64,000 nucleotides of DNA from Desulfocapsaceae bacterium (GCA_050288305.1 JBNKDO010000059.1:10747-74746); one strand, 5' to 3'; counted from the first letter of the stretch, positions 30,689 to 39,837 are shown. Notes: generated by a model from the sequence alone, not told the origin. Program-made: numbers and translations.

Positions 30689-31120
30689 ATGTCAAGCCCT
30701 GTTCATATTACCACATGCCGGGTTCTCTATGGCGATACCGATGCTGCGGGTGTTGTTTATAATGCCAATTACCTGCGCTATTTTGAGATCGGCAGGACCG
30801 AATTGATGCGGGAATGGGTCTGCAGCTACCGGGAGATTGAAAAACTGGGAATTATCCTGCCCGTCACCGAATGCTTCAGCCGTTTCAAGGCCCCGGCACA
30901 TTACGATGATGTTCTGAATATCGAGACATCCATTGAGTCGCTCAGGAAAGTCAGTTGCCGTTTCAACTACCGTATTACCAGACATGACCCTGAGCTGTCT
31001 CGCCCCAAACTTCTGGTTAAAGGCTACACCATCCATGCCTCCATTAACAGTGAAGGCAAATTGGTAAAACTTCCTGAAGATATACTGGCGAAATTAGACA
31101 AGCTGATAAAAACAACATAG
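30689..31120 (+). CDS. YbgC/4HBT-type acyl-CoA thioesterase
   Basis: RVLYGDTDAAGVVYNANYLRYFE hot-dog motif. The start abuts the upstream stop (TAGATG). Confidence 0.85.
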   Translation: MSSPVHITTCRVLYGDTDAAGVVYNANYLRYFEIGRTELMREWVCSYREIEKLGIILPVTECFSRFKAPAHYDDVLNIETSIESLRKVSCRFNYRITRHDPELSRPKLLVKGYTIHASINSEGKLVKLPEDILAKLDKLIKTT

Positions 31121-31144
31121 AAGGTCAACAATCGAATTTATCCA

Positions 31145-31172
31145 TTGACATTCAGAATTTTCATTGTATATT
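31145..31172 (+). promoter_or_regulatory. Sigma-70-type promoter of the tRNA gene
   Basis: TTGACA, a 16-nt spacer, then TATATT, followed by a GC-rich discriminator (ggtcctcgc). It ends 12 nt before the tRNA 5' end. Confidence 0.6.
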
Positions 31173-31183
31173 GGTCCTCGCAT

Positions 31184-31260
<77 letters not shown>

Positions 31261-31268
31261 GTAAATTC

Positions 31269-31307
31269 AAGGACTTACGGCTTACGCTGTAAGTCCTTTT
31301 TGTTTTT
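31269..31307 (+). terminator. Rho-independent terminator of the tRNA
   Basis: Perfect 10-bp stem aaggacttac/gtaagtcctt with a 10-nt loop, followed by TTTTTGTTTTT. Confidence 0.75.
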
Positions 31308-31456
31308 CTAACCTATTTCTAACCAGATTAGAAAATCTGAACTGTAAGACGAGAGTGATTTGTCGCGCAACGCAAGGTGGTTGAAACTCTCTTTCTCTCC
31401 ACGCCCAACCAAAAGAAAAGCATAAAATCTTCAAGGAGCTGTTCCCTCCTATTAAA

Positions 31457-31529
31457 TGGCGCAATTATTTATCGCGCCAAAAAACCAAATTATTATGGCG
31501 CGATTCCAAAAATTGCGCCATAATAATTT
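31457..31529 (+). promoter_or_regulatory. Paired TGGCGC/GCGCCA palindromes (candidate operator or hairpin) ahead of the Fic gene
   Basis: TGGCGC-N11-GCGCCA at 31457-31479. A perfect 15-nt inverted repeat AAATTATTATGGCGC-N13-GCGCCATAATAATTT lies at 31487-31529 and ends 4 nt before the ATG at 31534. Confidence 0.5.
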
Positions 31530-31533
31530 TACC

Positions 31534-32919
31534 ATGCCAAAACAAATCTCTCAAAAAGACCTCGATAGTATAGAAAAAGCCGTGAGTTCCTTACCGAATG
31601 GGGGTGGAATTGAAGAAATTAATTTCGCACTCGAGGGGAAGGTACCTCGTCGAACCTTGCAGCGGCGTCTGTCACTGCTAGTCGAACAGAAACGTCTCAT
31701 AGTAGAGGGCAGAGGTAGAGCGAGTCGCTATCGATTGCCAAATACCATTAATGTCGAAATCTCTCCCCCAATTCCATCTCTATCAGGTGAAACGTACGTC
31801 CCTTTATCTCCCGAAGGTGAAGAGATAAAAAAGGCTATTCGTGCACCCATCCAGAATCGGGACCCTGTGGGATACAATCGCTCCTTTCTTGATGCCTACC
31901 ACCCCAACAGGACATTCTATCTTACTGAGGAAATTCGACACAGGCTTTATGAGATTGGACGGTCGTCTGACGATCAGCAAATTGCAGGAACCTATGCACA
32001 GCAGAATTTCAATCGATTATTGATCGACCTTTCCTGGAACTCCAGCCGATTGGAAGGAAATACCTATTCACTATTAGAAACAGAACGACTTCTTGAGCAA
32101 GGTGAAGCAGCAGAAGGCAAAAATGCCATGGAAACACAGATGCTCCTGAACCATAAGGATGCCATCGAGCTCTTGGTTGAGCAGGCAGCTGATGTAGGTT
32201 TCAACAGATACACCATTCTCAATCTGCATGCCCTGTTGTCCAACAATCTTTTGGCAGATCCGCGAGCATGTGGTCGATTAAGAACATCTCCGGTAACGAT
32301 CGGTGGGAGTGTGTATCATCCCTTGAAAGTACCTCAACTGATTGATGAATGTCTCGGGCAAATCCTTACCCTTGCATCAGAAGTTAAAGACCCTTTTGAA
32401 CAGGCCTTTTTTGAAATGGTACATCTGCCATATCTGCAGCCGTTTTTGGATGTTAACAAACGTGTTTCTCGCCTTGCCGCCAATATCCCGTTGATTCGTC
32501 GAAACCTCTGCCCCCTTTCATTCCTTGATGTGCCGAAACAGGCCTACATTGATGGCATTGTGGCTGTTTATGAGTTGAATAAGGTTGAACTCCTCCGTGA
32601 TGTCTTTGTCTGGGCCTATGGACGATCCTGCAAGAGGTACTCTGCTATCCGGCAATCCCTCGGTGAACCCGACCCTTTCAGGCTCCAGTACCGGCAGCAG
32701 ATAAAAAAGCTCGTGGCTAAAGTAGTGCGAGATTGTATGGACAAGCGAAAGGCTGCGAACTGGATAGCCGAAAGGACAGATAAAGAGATTCCAACCAGCG
32801 ATAAAGCTCACTTTGTGGAAGTGGTTGAGACAGAGCTTATCAATCTGCATGAAGGAAATTTTGCCCGCTACCAATTACGCCCCTCAGAATTCTTAGATTG
32901 GAAAAAGGTATGGCATTGA
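31534..32919 (+). CDS. Winged-HTH / Fic-domain protein with a non-canonical (Gln-for-His, Doc-like NKR) active-site motif
   Basis: RRTLQRRLSLLVEQKRLIVEGRGRASRYRL is wHTH-like. The Fic core reads LQPFLDVNKRVSRLAANIPL instead of HPFxDGNGRxxR. I take the start after the palindromes; the ORF-track start at 31456 is possible. Confidence 0.75.
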   Translation: MPKQISQKDLDSIEKAVSSLPNGGGIEEINFALEGKVPRRTLQRRLSLLVEQKRLIVEGRGRASRYRLPNTINVEISPPIPSLSGETYVPLSPEGEEIKKAIRAPIQNRDPVGYNRSFLDAYHPNRTFYLTEEIRHRLYEIGRSSDDQQIAGTYAQQNFNRLLIDLSWNSSRLEGNTYSLLETERLLEQGEAAEGKNAMETQMLLNHKDAIELLVEQAADVGFNRYTILNLHALLSNNLLADPRACGRLRTSPVTIGGSVYHPLKVPQLIDECLGQILTLASEVKDPFEQAFFEMVHLPYLQPFLDVNKRVSRLAANIPLIRRNLCPLSFLDVPKQAYIDGIVAVYELNKVELLRDVFVWAYGRSCKRYSAIRQSLGEPDPFRLQYRQQIKKLVAKVVRDCMDKRKAANWIAERTDKEIPTSDKAHFVEVVETELINLHEGNFARYQLRPSEFLDWKKVWH

Positions 32920-33108
32920 GGTGGGGATAAAATGATTGAAATGACCACTATAAAGTGATAGGTTTTGGAAATTGATGACAGATTAGCGATAATTTGTGGA
33001 AAAATCAGAAGAGGCTTACGAAGCAATTGTCTATCGCCTAAGCATTGTCCTGCTACTTGAAATTTATTCCAGAGTTTCAACCTAACATATACATATCAAA
33101 GGATAATA

Positions 33109-34113
33109 ATGGCTCTAAATTACGATAAAACATGGGTAGGTCTAGTGGGTGGAGGCTTCTCCGGCTCAATTGTGGCAGGTGGAAGCGTGTACCAGATAGA
33201 TATTTGGAATATGGGGGGGGGTAATCCCTTGCCTGCTCGCGTATTGGTAACTGGGAAGCGTATTGGAGTTGTAGCAGAAGCAGGAACAGGACATGTAATG
33301 CTGATTGTTACCGGCTGTAAAAAACCATCTGAAATGGATGGTGTCAAATCTTCAGGACTTGATTGGGAATTTGCAGTTGGGTTAAAAGGAAGTGCTCTTG
33401 TGAAAACTGGTGCAACCCTCTTCGAAAAAGTTATATCAACGGCAAGTGCTAATGTAGCAGACTGGGCAAGCCACGAATCTACAAAAAGATTTATTCAGTG
33501 GACAATGGATGATCTTAGTATTGTAAAACCAGGTAAACAATTCAATTTACTTCCTTCTCCTCTTTCCATATCGATTGGCGCTGGTATTTTTTATGATTGG
33601 CAAACTCTTAAATTGATGTGTGGCAGTGTTGGATGGCAGCATATTTCTCCGAAATGGTATATGGAAAATATTAATGGTGGTGTACGTTTACAAATCCATA
33701 ATATACCTGAACAGGACGGTACAGTGGTTAAATTAGGTATCGCTATCGATAAATGGGGGGTGGATCCATACATACGCTGGCAAAGGAAAAAAGGGCAAAT
33801 CAAGATTAATCAACCACATAGGTTTCATATTCTTGGTTATGCATTTAAAGGAAAGTTATACGAGGAATGTTGCGGAAAAGGTGAACCTGGCATTAATCTT
33901 ACCAACCTGCAACCGATTGGCCAGGCACAAACTAGTTGGACCTCTGTTGTCAATAATGACAAAACCAATAAAAACAGCACATTGAATATACGTCCAGTCA
34001 TTTTCAAATTTTCAAACTGGCCTTATTGGACTGCCTATGACACAACTAAAATAAATACAGGACCAGAAGGCTGCTTTCAGCATGCCTACGATGCAATGAC
34101 AGTGAAGTTTTAG
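33109..34113 (+). CDS. Hypothetical protein, 334 aa, with no family recognised
   Basis: Long ORF with an AAGGA Shine-Dalgarno sequence 5 nt upstream. The N-terminus is Gly-rich and beta-rich (VGLVGGGFSGSIVAGGSVYQIDIW). No signal peptide or TM segment is seen. Confidence 0.6.
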   Translation: MALNYDKTWVGLVGGGFSGSIVAGGSVYQIDIWNMGGGNPLPARVLVTGKRIGVVAEAGTGHVMLIVTGCKKPSEMDGVKSSGLDWEFAVGLKGSALVKTGATLFEKVISTASANVADWASHESTKRFIQWTMDDLSIVKPGKQFNLLPSPLSISIGAGIFYDWQTLKLMCGSVGWQHISPKWYMENINGGVRLQIHNIPEQDGTVVKLGIAIDKWGVDPYIRWQRKKGQIKINQPHRFHILGYAFKGKLYEECCGKGEPGINLTNLQPIGQAQTSWTSVVNNDKTNKNSTLNIRPVIFKFSNWPYWTAYDTTKINTGPEGCFQHAYDAMTVKF

Positions 34114-34187
34114 AATGAAATAATGGACTGCAATCATATTTTCGAAACATCAACGCACTTTACTGCATGCTTGAATGGGGTACATTT

Positions 34188-35387
34188 ATGAAAACAACAA
34201 TCAGAGGCGCTACAATTCACAGCATATTATATACTATCTGTTACTGTGGTTGTTTGTTTTTCTTGATCGTGGGATGCACACCAAATATTCTCCAGGCAAC
34301 AGAAACCTTCTCACCAGATCAATCTGGCAATGTTGGCAGGAACCCATCGTTAATTCTAGATAGCAACAACTATCCGGTGATCAGCTATTATGACCTGACA
34401 AACCGTGATCTCAAATTGATGATTTGCAGAGATTCTCTTTGCAAGGATAAAAAAGACATTAAAAAACTGGATACAACTGGAATGATAGGAACCTATAGCT
34501 CAATGCAACTAGGAAAAACTGATAATCCAGTGGTGAGTTATTACGACGCCACAAATGGTGTATTAAAGTTATTGCATTGCGATAATTCTAATTGCCAAAC
34601 ATACAGTACGAGCATTCCCGACTCTGAGAGCATTACAGGAATGTACACCTCCTTAACCCTTGATAAAAACGGCTTTCCTGTCATTAGTTACTACGATATG
34701 TCAAATGGCAACCTTAAATTGTTGTACTGTGATGATGCCAAATGCGCAGAAAATCAATTGAAAAACATATCCACGCCAGACAGTGCTGGTGATGTAGGCT
34801 TGTATTCGTCTATAGCATTGGATAATACCGGTAAACCGGTAATTAGCTACTATGCATCAAATAGTGGACTTAGAATACTTCATTGTGATGATCCAAAGTG
34901 TACTGAAGATGAATCATCAAACATCACTACACCTGATAGAGGTGACCTTGGCTGGTACACATCCCTGGTACTGGATACAGACGGAAACCCTGTAGTTGGC
35001 TATTACGATTTTACCAATGGTAATTTGAAAATATTGCATTGTGATGACCCAAATTGTGCTGGAGATGAATCGAAAAATATCAGTTCTCCAGATACAACAG
35101 GCTATGTAGGCGCATATCTCTCTATGAAACTTGATCCTGAAGGTTATCCAATCGTCAGTTATTTTGACGCAACGAATTCAAACTTGAAAATACTACATTG
35201 TGATGACCCAAACTGCGCTGGAGATGAATCCGGGAACATTAAAGTTCTAGATTCCAGTGGCGAGGTAGGTTTATACACATCCTTAGCCCTCGATGCAGCA
35301 GGTAATCCTGTCGTCAGCTATTATGACTTTACTAATGGCGATCTTAAAATCGTGAATTGTCTGAATCAAATTGGCAGTAAAAAGTAA
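34188..35387 (+). CDS. Lipoprotein with seven repeats of about 50 aa, each carrying a Cys pair (beta-propeller-like)
   Basis: Lipobox LIVGC. Seven units follow the pattern G.VG.Y.S..LD..G.PV.SYYD.TNG.LK.LHCDD..C. Confidence 0.75.
   Translation: MKTTIRGATIHSILYTICYCGCLFFLIVGCTPNILQATETFSPDQSGNVGRNPSLILDSNNYPVISYYDLTNRDLKLMICRDSLCKDKKDIKKLDTTGMIGTYSSMQLGKTDNPVVSYYDATNGVLKLLHCDNSNCQTYSTSIPDSESITGMYTSLTLDKNGFPVISYYDMSNGNLKLLYCDDAKCAENQLKNISTPDSAGDVGLYSSIALDNTGKPVISYYASNSGLRILHCDDPKCTEDESSNITTPDRGDLGWYTSLVLDTDGNPVVGYYDFTNGNLKILHCDDPNCAGDESKNISSPDTTGYVGAYLSMKLDPEGYPIVSYFDATNSNLKILHCDDPNCAGDESGNIKVLDSSGEVGLYTSLALDAAGNPVVSYYDFTNGDLKIVNCLNQIGSKK
34311..35384 (+). repeat. Seven tandem coding repeats of about 150-160 nt
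   Basis: A repeat period of about 50-53 codons is seen in the translation. The DNA is still near-identical between units 5 and 6: 35037-35071 versus 35196-35230 match at 33 of 35 positions, offset 159 nt. Confidence 0.8.
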
Positions 35388-36106
35388 AACCATCTTAACC
35401 TAAGGATAATTCCTGGGCGGGAATGGGGTCACCCATTAAAAGGCCTCTTGTCAAAGAATAAATTTTCCCGTCCAAAGAAAAATAGTTTTTTCTTTTGCAA
35501 GGGTTACTAGCTGGACTCCCTGTTTGCCTGTAATCTTCCTTTCCTATCTGCACCCGCTATTTCTTCGGTATTTTGTCAGTGAGTCCTCCACTGCACCAGT
35601 CACCCATCAGGATCAAGGCTGATTGTATGGAAGAACTTCTCTGGTTCGATCACACAAGCATCTTGCAAAAAAAGGAGAAGCATAACTATTCTTTATTCTT
35701 AGTTTAATCTTTAAGCTGATTACAAAGTTTATTAAATTAACATATTGTTCGAATAGCATTGCTGCTTATCTGCAGATATTGACGCGTTGCTACTATCCGT
35801 GCTATCTCTCATCTGAAAGTGAAGATACAAAAAGAGGGGTAAGCGCAGATACCGACTCTGTTTCGCTTCGATCTGATAATCTTAATTGGTGAAATGTATA
35901 AAATGTTACCGAAATTCTTCTCTGTATTTATTTTTTACGTAAAATTCATCCTTAAGAAACAAGATGTGAATTCCTAGTGGACGAAAAGCCAATTACTTTG
36001 CCGACAATATTGACACCTGAAAAGGGCTGCAATAAGGTGTCCCTACATCTTCAATACGATAGGTATTTAAAAAAAGCCCTGGCCAGAAAGTCGAGGAGAC
36101 TCGCAT

Positions 36107-37288
36107 ATGCACAACAATATTCCGCTTCGTTTGACGAAATTCCTCCAGTCGGAAGCATCTGGCGGAATTTTGCTCATGGGTGCCGCAGCCCTAGCTTTGA
36201 TCCTCGCTAATACCCCTCTGAGCAGGTTTTACGATCTTATAATAGCCACCCCGGTACAAATCAGGGTCGGTCCTCTTGAAGTAGCCAAACCTCTTTTACT
36301 CTGGGTAAATGACGGACTGATGGTAGCTTTTTTCTTTCTGGTTGGACTCGAACTCAAGCGGGAACTGCTCATTGGCGAACTGTCGAATAAAAGCAAAATC
36401 CTCCTGCCAGCCTTTGGAGCCCTTGGCGGCATGCTGGTCCCATCACTTCTCTATATCGCTGTCAATTTCGGCGATCCTGTTGCCATGCGGGGCTGGGCGA
36501 TTCCTGCAGCAACGGATATTGCCTTCGCCCTCGGTATCCTTTCCCTGCTTGGTTCGCGTGTGCCAAACAGCTTGAAAGTACTGCTGACCTCGCTGGCCAT
36601 ATTCGACGATATCGGCGCCATTGTCATTATTGCTATTTTCTACACCGATGCCATCTCTCTGGCCGCCATCGCTGTTGCGGGCAGCTGTCTTTGTCTCCTG
36701 TATTATTTGAATCGGCGAGGTATTGAAACCATTAGCATGTATGTCTTCATTGGCTCGATCATGTGGCTGGCCCTGCTCAAATCCGGTGTCCATGCCACTC
36801 TCGCCGGGGTTCTATTGGCCATGTTCATCCCCATGCACTCCCGACAAAGGCCAAACCACTCGCCACTTAAAGAGCTTGAGCACGATCTCCACTCAGCTGT
36901 GGCGTTTTTTGTCCTGCCAATTTTCGCTTTTTGCAACAGCGGTATCAATCTTTCCAACGTCACCGTCGATTTTTTCGTCCATGGTGTGCCTGTCGGAATC
37001 GCTGTGGGCCTCTTTATTGGTAAACAACTCGGTATTTTCATTTTTATCTGGCTGGCCATCCAAATGAAACTATCGACCATGCCTCGCAGTATGTCCTGGC
37101 CTTCCCTTTACGGTATGGCAACCCTCTGCGGAGTCGGCTTTACCATGAGTCTTTTCATCGGCTCGCTCTCCTTCGATCAGACAGCCAGCCAGCTGACCTT
37201 TGATGAGCGCCTGGGTATCATCACTGGTTCCCTGCTTTCCGGTGTCGTCGGTACCCTGATTCTTCGAAAGACTTTACCCGCAAAATAG
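36107..37288 (+). CDS. nhaA: Na+/H+ antiporter NhaA
   Basis: FLQSEASGGILLMGAAALALILAN...WVNDGLMVAFFFLVGLELKRE...AIFDDIGAIVIIA are NhaA signature segments. Confidence 0.9.
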   Translation: MHNNIPLRLTKFLQSEASGGILLMGAAALALILANTPLSRFYDLIIATPVQIRVGPLEVAKPLLLWVNDGLMVAFFFLVGLELKRELLIGELSNKSKILLPAFGALGGMLVPSLLYIAVNFGDPVAMRGWAIPAATDIAFALGILSLLGSRVPNSLKVLLTSLAIFDDIGAIVIIAIFYTDAISLAAIAVAGSCLCLLYYLNRRGIETISMYVFIGSIMWLALLKSGVHATLAGVLLAMFIPMHSRQRPNHSPLKELEHDLHSAVAFFVLPIFAFCNSGINLSNVTVDFFVHGVPVGIAVGLFIGKQLGIFIFIWLAIQMKLSTMPRSMSWPSLYGMATLCGVGFTMSLFIGSLSFDQTASQLTFDERLGIITGSLLSGVVGTLILRKTLPAK

Positions 37289-37407
37289 AACCTTATACTT
37301 GATAATACTCAAAATCGATATATCCGGAATTATACGAAATTATTTTTATATCATAAAAGGCATCCCGCCAAAATTTACATAATGGCGAAGATATGGCAGG
37401 AACACTT

Positions 37408-38280
37408 CTAACCCGTCTTGTTTTTGTTCTGCCACAAAATAGAAATAACCAATATAAACAATAAAGTCAGAGAATAAATTGGGATTGGATCAGCAATAAA
37501 AAGTATCAATAACCAAATCACGCTATAGAAAACAACCACCGATTCAGATTGGATGGTCTTGCTAATAAACAACAAGGCTATAATTCCACAAAATGACAGG
37601 AAAATTGCAAAGAACCAAATAATATCATTTGTTGACGAAAAAGGTTCACCGGGACCTGCTTCAGAACGTGACTTAATACCTATCAGCATTCGCCTTTCCA
37701 TAAGGTAATGAAGAGGCATCATGAAAAAATAATCTAAATAATCTGTCCAGTTAGATAAAGATTGACCATGAGTTCGAACTATCAATCGTGTTCGAGTTGC
37801 ATCCACTTCATTAAGCAAGAAACATCCCCAGTTTTCTAAAACAAAGGACTTTCCAGGATTTACAGAGACAACTGGAAAGTTATACTCAATAAAACTATAG
37901 GATGGATCAAGTGAAGCTTTGACAATGCGTCCCACTTTCATGTCTTTAAATTTCGCTTCGATTCGATTCCTTTCCCGATATTCATATCCGAGTAGTTTTT
38001 CAATAAACCAGTAACTGTAAAAACCACCTCGGTCAGATCCCAATTGAATGATCCAATCCCAAACATCTGAGATCGGAGCATTGATTGTAATACTGCGCGT
38101 AGAACTAATAAATGGCACCAGGTGATCACCTGGCATCGACATGGAGACTTCTTGATCGGTCGCCCCCCAAGAAAAAATATATGGTTTAATAAACACAATA
38201 CCAATAATTATCTGGAGCCCCAATATCAATAAAATGAGCAATCCAAGTCTTCGTTTTTTATTCATTGTCTTCCAACTCAA
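37408..38280 (-). CDS. Membrane protein with an SRPBCC-like central domain
   Basis: An N-terminal TM segment, then INAPISDVWDWIIQLGSDRGGFYSY, which resembles the SRPBCC/polyketide-cyclase fold. Three C-terminal TM segments follow. Confidence 0.55.
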   Translation of the reverse strand: MSWKTMNKKRRLGLLILLILGLQIIIGIVFIKPYIFSWGATDQEVSMSMPGDHLVPFISSTRSITINAPISDVWDWIIQLGSDRGGFYSYWFIEKLLGYEYRERNRIEAKFKDMKVGRIVKASLDPSYSFIEYNFPVVSVNPGKSFVLENWGCFLLNEVDATRTRLIVRTHGQSLSNWTDYLDYFFMMPLHYLMERRMLIGIKSRSEAGPGEPFSSTNDIIWFFAIFLSFCGIIALLFISKTIQSESVVVFYSVIWLLILFIADPIPIYSLTLLFILVISILWQNKNKTG

Positions 38281-38471
38281 ATTTCAATATTACAGATATC
38301 CATGCAAACTCCCTCCAAACGCGCTTCACATCATCTATTGTGTTATTCACTAATTCATCCAGTGGGTTAGCGTAATCTTCTTCTGCTGTTATGCTGCTCG
38401 CATAATGTTAGCCCCTTACTCAATAGCGTGCCCTTCATCGGTCAAAATACGAGATCCGCCGCAAGGGGCTG

Positions 38472-38960
38472 TTATAGGTTTCCTTTCTCAATGATTTTTT
38501 TTAGGTTTTGCCCTTCTTCTTTTAAATGTATCTTCATCGATTTAATACCTTTTTCAATACGGGTTTTTGCTAAAAGCTTTCCTATACGCCCGATTCTGTA
38601 AATTCCCTTTGCTGTAAAAATGCAACCCTCTGCCGTGGGATGAATAATAAATAAATTTATTGGAATAAAAATTCTCAGAAATTTACTCCTTGGTTTATAT
38701 TCAATTAATTGGTTTGCTATAACTTTTGTTACTATAAACTTAAATGTATGCTTAACACCATGAACATACTCTTTAGCAACAACAACCGAATCCTCTTCCC
38801 AAGGATTACCTTTTAACCATTTCATAGAGATATGATCCCTGGGATGCCATTTACAATAGCTTTCATCATCAGCCAACGAAATGATAAAGTTAAAGACAAC
38901 GTCTGGTTTGGCTTTTACCTCTATTGAATCTTCTATAATTATATCTTCAAATATTTTCAT
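38472..38960 (-). CDS. SRPBCC-superfamily protein
   Basis: 162 aa. SIEVKAKPDVVFNFIISL...YCKWHPRDH resembles the N-terminus of START/polyketide-cyclase-like proteins. Confidence 0.55.
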   Translation of the reverse strand: MKIFEDIIIEDSIEVKAKPDVVFNFIISLADDESYCKWHPRDHISMKWLKGNPWEEDSVVVAKEYVHGVKHTFKFIVTKVIANQLIEYKPRSKFLRIFIPINLFIIHPTAEGCIFTAKGIYRIGRIGKLLAKTRIEKGIKSMKIHLKEEGQNLKKIIEKGNL

Positions 38961-39127
38961 TTTGGCTATAACGTGAAATTCGGCTAACCCGCACCGTTTT
39001 TGGGGTCCCGAAGAAATGACTTGTTGTATAAATAATTATACTTTTTTGTCTTTATTTCCTGTTTTTGCTTTATTCCGCTTTTTCCCATTAACGAGGTTTC
39101 TCTTTTGAAATGGCCACCTATGCTGTA

Positions 39128-39769
39128 CTAATTCGTGTGATTCTCAATGAAGGCCAGGCGAATTCCAAGACAAATAAACATAGAGCCTAATATTCGGTCA
39201 AGTAAGGTAGAGAATTGACTGTTGTTGCGGAAAAATGTTGTTGTTCTAGCAGCAATTAAAACGAGTACAAACTCAATTACCATACCAATTAAATTAACGA
39301 GAAAACCGAGTATAAGAATCTGCGCCGGTTCGCTCCCTAATTCCTGACGAACAAATTGCGGTAAAAAGGACATAAAAAAAATGGCAACTTTAGGGTTTAG
39401 GAGATCGATCATTGCTCCTTGCCTGAAGGCTTTCCAGAATGATGAATGCTCTTTTAATTCAACAGGAATAACAAAAGAAATTCTTTTCGACCTTAAAGCC
39501 TTCACCCCAAGATAAATAAGATATGCTGCACCGACATACTTAACAATTGCGAAAGCCATGGCAGAAGTAGCAAGGATAGCTGAAAGGCCAAATGCTGCTG
39601 CAAAAATATGTATCAAAGATCCGCTACAAACCCCCAAGGATGACGCAATTCCAATCTTTCGTCCTTGAGTTACTGTCCTAGAAAGGATGTAAATCATATC
39701 TGGACCAGGTGTGATATTTATCGCAATGGCTGCAGATAAAAATAACAACCAATAAGAGTATGAATCCAT
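39128..39769 (-). CDS. LysE/RhtB family amino-acid exporter
   Basis: 213 aa with six hydrophobic segments. The N-terminal ITPGPDMIYIL motif is typical of LysE/RhtB. Confidence 0.85.
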   Translation of the reverse strand: MDSYSYWLLFLSAAIAINITPGPDMIYILSRTVTQGRKIGIASSLGVCSGSLIHIFAAAFGLSAILATSAMAFAIVKYVGAAYLIYLGVKALRSKRISFVIPVELKEHSSFWKAFRQGAMIDLLNPKVAIFFMSFLPQFVRQELGSEPAQILILGFLVNLIGMVIEFVLVLIAARTTTFFRNNSQFSTLLDRILGSMFICLGIRLAFIENHTN

Positions 39770-39837
39770 ATTAAATCCTTTGGTGTATTCCGCCCTGAAT
39801 TCCTTTGTGTCCCATGAATTTCAATCCCACGGAACCT

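Noticed and set aside
35894-35977. 27-codon ORF (MYKMLPKFFSVFIFYVKFILKKQDVNS) upstream of nhaA
   Set aside because: It is too short, lies in AT-rich DNA and has no Shine-Dalgarno sequence. It cannot be distinguished from chance.
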